Below, piece after piece: positions 26,079 to 32,000 of a stretch of 32,000 nucleotides of DNA. The notes under the pieces are model-generated. The model was given only the letters and a program-made list of their open reading frames with translations. It ran no database searches and was not told where the DNA came from. The stretch is from Hyperthermus butylicus DSM 5456. Its GTDB lineage: Archaea > Thermoproteota > Thermoprotei_A > Sulfolobales > Pyrodictiaceae. The stretch is taken from NCBI RefSeq assembly GCF_000015145.1, contig NC_008818.1, positions 1 through 32,000 on the forward strand, in the 5' to 3' direction. Each line of letters opens with the position of its first letter. Within the stretch, counting starts at the first letter, position 1. Both the position numbers and the translations under genes were made by a program.

Positions 26079-27407
26079 TTGCCGCTAAAACTCCGAGAGC
26101 GTGTATATATACGTGACCTTCTCGAGAAAGGTGTCATAGGTAACGAGTATACGGTAGCTGGCTGGGTAGACACAGTAAGAGTTCACGGCGGCCTAGTTTT
26201 CGTAGTTGTTAGAGATCGGACCGGCAAGATGCAGCTAGTAGTTAAGCGTAACATATCGCGTGAAGCATGGGAGCATGCCCGTAAACTTGCGCCCGAGAGT
26301 GTGGTAGCGGCACGAGGCAGGCTAGTGGAGAGTAAGGCTGCTCTCGGTGGCCGCGAGTTACAAGTCTACGAACTCGAGGTCCTCAACAAGGCTGACCCCT
26401 TACCGATCGATATCTATGCGCCGGATAAGACAACACTTGCCAAGAGGCTTGACTGGCGCTTCCTAGACCTGCGCAATCCACGCAACCAGCTCATAATGAG
26501 AATTGCGGCTGAGGTAGCTAGGGCCGCCAGGGAGTGGTTCGTCGAGAACGGCTTCATAGAGATCTTCACGCCGAAGATTGTTGGTGCAGCCACTGAGGGA
26601 GGTGCTGAGGTCTTTAGCATAGTCTACTTCGACAAGCCGGCATTTCTAGCACAGTCGCCGCAGCTTTACAAGCAGATGGGTGTTATAGCTGGCCTGGAGA
26701 AGGTGTTTGAGATAGGTCCGGCATTCCGGGCAGAGCCCCACCACACGACTAGACACCTCACAGAGTATACGAGTATAGACCTTGAAATGGGCTTCATAGA
26801 CAGCTATGAAGATGTTATGGATATTGTTGAGGCGGTAATAAGACATGTGATCAGCAGCGTACTTTCGCGCTACCGGAGCGAGATAAAAGAATACTTCCCT
26901 AATGCCATAACTGAGCCCCCCAAGGAGATACCGCGGATAACGATAAGGGAGGCCTACAAGCTCCTAGAGGCAGCTGGTACTCCTGTGGAGTGGGGCGAGG
27001 ACCTATCAAGTGAGGCCGAGAGAAAGCTCGGAGAGATAGTTGAAAGGGAGTATGGCTCCTACCTCGTATTCGTGACAGAATACCCCTGGGCGGTTAGGCC
27101 ATTCTACACGATGCGTAAGAGCGATGAGCCGGATTGGACCTATAGCTTTGACCTCCTCATGAGAGGCCTAGAGATAGCTACTGGTGGCCAGAGGGAACAT
27201 CGCTACGACGTACTAGTGAAACAACTCGAGGAGAAGGGGCTAAACCCAAGAAACTTCGAATGGTACCTGGCAATGTTCCGGTATGGTGCACCACCACACG
27301 GTGGTGCTGGCATAGGCTTAGAACGTGTCGTAATGCAGCTTCTAGGCTTAGGCAACATCCGTGAGGCACGGATGTTGCCAAGGGATCCGGAGAGGCTGGT
27401 GCCATAA
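26079..27407 (+). CDS. aspS: Aspartyl-tRNA synthetase
   Basis: VAGWVDTVRVHGGLVFVVVRDRTG OB fold; GAEVFSIVYFDKPAFLAQSPQLYKQ; FEIGPAFRAEPHHTTRHLTEYTSIDLEMGF; GAPPHGGAGIGLERVVMQLLGLGNIREARMLPRDPERL. Confidence 0.97.
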   Translation: MPLKLRERVYIRDLLEKGVIGNEYTVAGWVDTVRVHGGLVFVVVRDRTGKMQLVVKRNISREAWEHARKLAPESVVAARGRLVESKAALGGRELQVYELEVLNKADPLPIDIYAPDKTTLAKRLDWRFLDLRNPRNQLIMRIAAEVARAAREWFVENGFIEIFTPKIVGAATEGGAEVFSIVYFDKPAFLAQSPQLYKQMGVIAGLEKVFEIGPAFRAEPHHTTRHLTEYTSIDLEMGFIDSYEDVMDIVEAVIRHVISSVLSRYRSEIKEYFPNAITEPPKEIPRITIREAYKLLEAAGTPVEWGEDLSSEAERKLGEIVEREYGSYLVFVTEYPWAVRPFYTMRKSDEPDWTYSFDLLMRGLEIATGGQREHRYDVLVKQLEEKGLNPRNFEWYLAMFRYGAPPHGGAGIGLERVVMQLLGLGNIREARMLPRDPERLVP

Positions 27408-27449
27408 CCAAGGAGGGCCCTTTTGATATTTAGGAGTTTGGAAATTGTG

Positions 27450-27513
27450 TATCAGCCCCCAGCGCCTCTTCATCCATCCCATGGGGTGTCTGCGTCGTCT
27501 AGCATCATCACCG
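27450..27513 (-). ncRNA. Weak candidate C/D box sRNA in the aspS/ahb intergenic gap
   Basis: Reverse strand C GTGATGA (27511-27505), 12-nt guide TGCTAGACGACG, D'-like CAGA, C'-like TGGATGA, 14-nt guide, D CTGA (27455-27452). AT-rich TATA-like AATATAATT lies about 25 nt upstream. Confidence 0.3.
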
Positions 27514-27529
27514 CTATAATACTATGGGA

Positions 27530-27542
27530 CAAATTATATTTA
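27530..27542 (+). promoter_or_regulatory. Candidate TATA box for the ahb-like operon
   Basis: AAATTATATTTAG about 45 nt upstream of the ATG at 27581, after a gap behind aspS. Confidence 0.5.
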
Positions 27543-27580
27543 GGCTTCACCCAAGTTTCTTTTTCAGGGGTTAAAACTAG

Positions 27581-28828
27581 ATGAAGGTGGGCTCCGAGCA
27601 TAGCGGATACCCGCTACATAGGACGTGGCCCTTTGAGAGGAACCCTCTCCTAGTCTTCTGGGAGACAACGAAGGCTTGTATGTTAGCGTGTAAGCACTGC
27701 AGGGCTTCTGCCATATTGAAGTCGTTGCCCGGTGAGCTAACAACTGAAGAGGCCTACAAGCTCATAGACGATGTAGCTGCGTTTGGGCAGCCCTACCCGA
27801 TACTCGTCCTAACAGGTGGCGATCCCCTATTAAGGAGCGATATATGGGACATTATAGCGTACGCTAAGGGTAAAGGGCTCCGGCTGGCGGTAGCACCAGC
27901 AGTCTCGCCTAATCTTACCGAGGATAAGGTTAAGAAGCTCGCGGAGCTGGGTGTTGATGGTGTAAGCATAAGCCTTGACGGTAGCCGACCCGAGATACAT
28001 GATGGTATAAGGGGTACCAGCGGCGTCTTCGAGAAGACGTTGTGGGCAATCAAGACGTTTCAAGAGTATGGTGTAAGGGTCCAAGTGAATACAGCCGTGA
28101 TGCGAGATAATGTGCACGACCTGGCTGACATAGCTGCACTTCTCTTGAAGCTCGGGGTGAAGGTTTGGGAAGTATTCTACCTAGTCCCTGTCGGCAGAGC
28201 GCAGTTGGAGCTTAACCTCACACCTGAAGAGTGGGAGGATGTAAGCCACTTCCTCTACGAAGCCTCCAAGTATGGGCTTGTAGTAAGGACTTCTGAGGGC
28301 CCAATGTTCCGCAGGGTAGCGATAACGCGTATGCTGCTAGAGCTAGCAGGCAAGAACCCCGACGAGGCGTTAAACACTGGTCCTCTCTACCGCCAGCTGG
28401 TTTCACGGCTCCGCCAGCTCCTTGGAGAACCTCAAGGTAAGCCATTAGCCTCAACTACTGGTACACGCGATGGTAAGGGTGTCATATTTGTATCATACAA
28501 CGGCACCGTGTACCCAAGTGGCTTCATGCCATACCCGCTTGGCAATATACGTGTCAAAAGCCTTGTTGAGATATATCGTGAAAACTTGATACTAAAGAGA
28601 CTCCGTGGCGCTAGATTTGAGGGGAGATGTGGTAGGTGCGAGTTTAGAGAGATATGTGGCGGTAGTAGGGCTAGAGCCTACGCGGTCACTGGTAAACCAT
28701 TCGGCGAGGATCCAGCATGTCCCTATAGGCCTGGCACTTTCTCGGTGATGGTGTCAAAGCTAGGTGTACGTGTTGAAAATGTAGTTAGGGAAATCGAGGG
28801 CTTAAAATACGTCCTGCCACCAGGGTGA
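27581..28828 (+). CDS. ahbD: Radical SAM/SPASM protein, AhbD-like (coproheme decarboxylase branch)
   Basis: LLVFWETTKACMLACKHCRASA (CxxxCxxC), ILVLTGGDPLLRSDIWD, C-terminal CGRCEFREICGGSRARAYAVTGKPFGEDPACPY. Confidence 0.72.
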   Translation: MKVGSEHSGYPLHRTWPFERNPLLVFWETTKACMLACKHCRASAILKSLPGELTTEEAYKLIDDVAAFGQPYPILVLTGGDPLLRSDIWDIIAYAKGKGLRLAVAPAVSPNLTEDKVKKLAELGVDGVSISLDGSRPEIHDGIRGTSGVFEKTLWAIKTFQEYGVRVQVNTAVMRDNVHDLADIAALLLKLGVKVWEVFYLVPVGRAQLELNLTPEEWEDVSHFLYEASKYGLVVRTSEGPMFRRVAITRMLLELAGKNPDEALNTGPLYRQLVSRLRQLLGEPQGKPLASTTGTRDGKGVIFVSYNGTVYPSGFMPYPLGNIRVKSLVEIYRENLILKRLRGARFEGRCGRCEFREICGGSRARAYAVTGKPFGEDPACPYRPGTFSVMVSKLGVRVENVVREIEGLKYVLPPG

Positions 28829-29835
28829 AGGAGTTGATTAGCCCTGCTGACTACGTTACATCCATTGTCGGGTCTAGGCTAGCTGTTGAGGTGCTGATGA
28901 AGCTTCAATACGAGTTCCCTCTAACGCCGACGCCGTACTGTGATGTGGCAAGCTCCCTGGGTATTGAAGTGGATGAGCTGCTCGAAATGCTCAATAAGCT
29001 GCGCTTGTTACATGTGCTAAAGAGAGTTGGCTTTTACTTTAATGTTAGAGCTTCAGGAAAGAATGTGGCGTTGATAGCAATCTCCACCAGCAACCCCGAA
29101 GCAGCCTCCAAGCACCTAATGGAGTTGTTGGAGGTTACTCATAGCTATCTACGCGAGAACGACAAGTTCAACTTGTGGGTTGTTGGCAGACACACCAGTC
29201 GCGATGCCATAGTGGAGGCTGCTCGGGCGACGGCAGAACGTTATGGCGATGGTAGGTGGGCTGTACTGTGGAGTGTTAGAACGTACAGGCTTAGCGTGAA
29301 ATACGATCTCATCAGCGGCACTAGCCGTGCTGGCCCCTACAGCGAGATAGCACAGTCACCGCCAAGTCCTGAAGAACTGGGAGTACCGGGGGAGCTTGCG
29401 GCAGCTCTACGTCGTCTCCCCCTAGCTCAGCATCCATACCGTGCTATAGCAGTAAAGTTCCGACTAGATGAGGAGAGAGTCTTTGATGCTGCTAGAAGAC
29501 TGCTAGCAGCTGGCGTACTAGCTGATCCTGGTGCAGCCCTCGACGGGCATAGGATAGGGTTCAAGTACAATGTAATGGTCACGGTTAAGGCTCGCGAAGA
29601 TAGGTACGACGAGCTATGCCGCGAGATAATGCAGGGTGTTCCAGAGGCAACACACATAGTGCTTCGGAGGGTAGAACCGCCCGGAGCTTGGAGCCACTTA
29701 TGCTACTTCATGGTTCATGCGGTGTCGATGCAGCTCATCGACAAGATTATCGATAGGCTGTATAGGCTAGACCTCGTAGACGATGTTCTTAAGCTTCCAA
29801 GCATACGCGACCTAGCACCCGGCCTTGTAAGGTGA
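28825..29835 (+). CDS. Siroheme decarboxylase-like protein with two Lrp/AsnC-type halves (AhbA-AhbB-like fusion)
   Basis: First half LQYEFPLTPTPYCDVASSLGIEVDELLEML...FNVRASGKNVA. Second half RRLPLAQHPYRAIAVKFRLDEERVFDAARRLLAAGVL...GFKYNVMVTVKA...PPGAWSHLCYFMVHA. Confidence 0.78.
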   Translation: MKELISPADYVTSIVGSRLAVEVLMKLQYEFPLTPTPYCDVASSLGIEVDELLEMLNKLRLLHVLKRVGFYFNVRASGKNVALIAISTSNPEAASKHLMELLEVTHSYLRENDKFNLWVVGRHTSRDAIVEAARATAERYGDGRWAVLWSVRTYRLSVKYDLISGTSRAGPYSEIAQSPPSPEELGVPGELAAALRRLPLAQHPYRAIAVKFRLDEERVFDAARRLLAAGVLADPGAALDGHRIGFKYNVMVTVKAREDRYDELCREIMQGVPEATHIVLRRVEPPGAWSHLCYFMVHAVSMQLIDKIIDRLYRLDLVDDVLKLPSIRDLAPGLVR

Positions 29836-31034
29836 GGGTGAACGGAATGATACCCGTCACAGTGCTCGTAGGAGGTAAAGCCGCGGTTTCACGCAGGATT
29901 AAGGGAGACTATAGCGTCTCAAAACCCCCGAGGTTCTCGGAGCTACTCAGGCCAATAGTCTTCTGGAACATCACCTACCAGTGCAACCTACAGTGTGTAC
30001 ATTGCTACATAAAAGCACTAGCTAAGCGCAATCCCAACGAGCTAACTACTGAAGAGGCTAAGCGTGTAGCGGAGGAGATAGTCGAGATTGGTATCCCACT
30101 AGTCGTTTTCAGCGGCGGCGAGCCTCTAGTGAGAAGTGACTTCTGGGAGATAGTAGAACCTATGGCTGGTAAGCAGAGACCGAAACTGTCGTTGAGCACT
30201 AATGGCACATTAATAACGAGGGATGTTGCAGAGAAGCTTGCGTCATACCAGTTCAAGTATGTGGGTATATCTATTGATAGCATAAAGCCGGAGTGGCATG
30301 ACAGGTTTAGGGGAGTACCCGGCGCATTTGAAGCTGCGGTACGTGGCATAAAATATGTTATGGAGCTAGGTATAGATGTTGGCGTGCGCACCACGCTTAC
30401 CAAGTACAATATTGAGGAGGTACCAGCAATACTCAAGTGGGCCTACGATCTCGGCATAAAACGTGTAAGCCTCTACGTCCTAGATACCGTGGGTCGAGGA
30501 GCAGGTATTGCAGACTGGCTTCCCACCCATGAGCAGCTCCGCAAATTCGCAGATACAATAATAGATGAAGCACGCAAGTACTCGGGCGAAATGGAGATAT
30601 TAATCGTCAGAGCGCAGTTCCTAGGAATCTACATTGCCGACAAGCTTGCTCGCTCTCCCGAGGACTTCATGAAGTACATATCGCTGCTTGATGCGCAGGG
30701 CAACTGCGGCAGGAAAAGCATAAGCATATACCCGAATGGCGATGTTAAGCCATGCCAGTTCGTAGACTGGGTAACCCTCGGCAACGTTCGGAGACAGACG
30801 CTAAAGGATATACTTAGCCCTGAGAACAAAGAGTTAAAGCCATTCCTAGCCATAGAGAACTACTTACGCGGCCCAAGGTGTGGCAGGTGTCCATTCCGGA
30901 GGATATGCGGGGGTGGCAGTAGGGGCAGGGCACTAGAGCTAACCGGCGACGAGTGGGGAGACGACCCGCTATGCTTCATAGACTTCTCCGCGATAGCTAA
31001 GAAGTGGGGCATAGATCCCAATAAGATCCTCTAG
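29832..31034 (+). CDS. ahbC: Radical SAM/SPASM protein, AhbC-like (12,18-didecarboxysiroheme deacetylase branch)
   Basis: RPIVFWNITYQCNLQCVHCYIKAL, VVFSGGEPLVRSDFWEI, C-terminal CGRCPFRRICGGGSRGRALELTGDEWGDDPLC. Confidence 0.72.
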   Translation: MRVNGMIPVTVLVGGKAAVSRRIKGDYSVSKPPRFSELLRPIVFWNITYQCNLQCVHCYIKALAKRNPNELTTEEAKRVAEEIVEIGIPLVVFSGGEPLVRSDFWEIVEPMAGKQRPKLSLSTNGTLITRDVAEKLASYQFKYVGISIDSIKPEWHDRFRGVPGAFEAAVRGIKYVMELGIDVGVRTTLTKYNIEEVPAILKWAYDLGIKRVSLYVLDTVGRGAGIADWLPTHEQLRKFADTIIDEARKYSGEMEILIVRAQFLGIYIADKLARSPEDFMKYISLLDAQGNCGRKSISIYPNGDVKPCQFVDWVTLGNVRRQTLKDILSPENKELKPFLAIENYLRGPRCGRCPFRRICGGGSRGRALELTGDEWGDDPLCFIDFSAIAKKWGIDPNKIL

Positions 31035-31798
31035 TGCTCTCTGCAAGGCCTACTAACACCCTTCCTTTTAGCCAGTTCAACAAGTATCGGTATCTCCTTC
31101 AGCTTCTCGCAAGGTAAGAGCTCCCAAATCACACCCGGCGGCCTTGGCCCCCGTTCAGCTACTCTTATGAGTCTCGTTGGCGTAGCGATGAAGTCCACGG
31201 TGAGATCGTAGGGCTCTCTAGGTATATGGTCGACGATTTGTAGATCGTGGACGGTGGTAGCTATAGGTGTATCCTCGTCTACGAGGCCTAGCTCCCTCAT
31301 GATAGCGTACTCTAGCTCTGCATAGCCTTCGCCCTTGCCAACCCTATGCCCATACCTATCAACGGCAACAGAGCCTGTAACTATGAAGTCTATGCCGCCA
31401 AGACTCCTTAACTCATCAATTCCTATGACACGGCCTAGCTGGAAGGCACCACGTATTGTCGAGGCTTTCTCATAGAGGTAGCTGGGTATCCTCTTCGGGT
31501 CAAGAAGTATGAAGCCCTCATGCAGCCTAGGTGTCGCCATAACGAGTAGCTTGCCTTGTCTAAGTGTTGCTAGACGTACCCATCGCTGGGGAGAGTCAGG
31601 GTTGGCTTTCACAATCCTCGCTCTACGCCACTCTCCTAGATCGAATAGCTTAGCAGCGGCCGCTTCTGCACCTCTAAAGTTTGGAATCCTACCCCAGGGC
31701 GGCGGGAACGTAGCAACTCCCCGCTCGGAGAGGAGGCGCCAAATATGCTCCCTCAGCCTCTTCTTATACTCCTTCACATCAATGTGCCCATTGTTCAC
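31031..31798 (-). CDS. 5-formyltetrahydrofolate cyclo-ligase/MTHFS-like family protein
   Basis: IPNFRGAEAAAAKLFDL, VKANPDSPQRWVRLATLRQGKLLVMATPRL, FIVTGSVAVDRYGHRVGKGEGYAELEYAIM, PIATTVHDLQIVD. Confidence 0.85.
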   Translation of the reverse strand: MNNGHIDVKEYKKRLREHIWRLLSERGVATFPPPWGRIPNFRGAEAAAAKLFDLGEWRRARIVKANPDSPQRWVRLATLRQGKLLVMATPRLHEGFILLDPKRIPSYLYEKASTIRGAFQLGRVIGIDELRSLGGIDFIVTGSVAVDRYGHRVGKGEGYAELEYAIMRELGLVDEDTPIATTVHDLQIVDHIPREPYDLTVDFIATPTRLIRVAERGPRPPGVIWELLPCEKLKEIPILVELAKRKGVSRPCREH

Positions 31799-32000
31799 CG
31801 CGGCGCACCCACCCCCTCAAGTAGCTTCTCCAGCCTAGTAGCAGTTGACTCAAAGCTCTCCAGGAGGGCTGCAACTCTAAGCCTCAACAATAGTATGGAG
31901 GCTGTAAGCCTAACGTAACGATAACCCCGCCTTGCCAAAGGCGAGAGTCGCCGGAGAAACTCAACTACACGCACAACGTCGCTTAGCGGTTTTGATAGGT
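31795..32000 (-). CDS. 3' end of an uncharacterised protein running off the window, absent from the ORF track
   Basis: Open frame LSKPLSDVVRVVEFLRRLSPLARRGYRYVRLTASILLLRLRVAALLESFESTATRLEKLLEGVGAPR*, its TGA overlapping the GTG start of the MTHFS-like gene (GTGA). Confidence 0.6.
   Translation of the reverse strand, partial: LSKPLSDVVRVVEFLRRLSPLARRGYRYVRLTASILLLRLRVAALLESFESTATRLEKLLEGVGAPR

Overview
Gene-dense archaeal chromosomal window. Gene content (Sec61beta, TiaS, Tyw3, Nop5, fibrillarin, PCNA, GGGP and DGGGP synthases, geranylgeranyl reductase, CCA-containing tRNA genes, TATA-type promoters) points to a hyperthermophilic Thermoproteota/Crenarchaeota member, probably Desulfurococcales/Pyrodictiaceae-like (inference). 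It is mostly housekeeping: three tRNAs (Ala-CGC, His-GTG, Leu-GAG), RNase P RNA (absent from the ORF track), archaeal lipid synthesis, tRNA/rRNA maturation and modification, C/D RNP core proteins, aspS, and a three-gene operon matching the siroheme-dependent alternative heme route (Ahb). I see no CRISPR array, IS element or classical defence island. The observations most worth a second look are: (1) a canonical C/D box sRNA antisense to the 3' end of a SWIM zinc-finger gene, plus two weaker C/D candidates in intergenic gaps; (2) a GC-rich nested-stem element between convergent genes at about 690-776; (3) a structured leader with a distant TATA box upstream of tRNA-His; (4) two genes broken by single-nucleotide shifts, an EamA transporter and a SIS-like gene with two +1 shifts; (5) a fused AhbA-AhbB-like siroheme decarboxylase between two radical SAM genes; (6) an unassigned tyw3-linked gene; (7) a TiaS without the usual C-terminal zinc ribbon.
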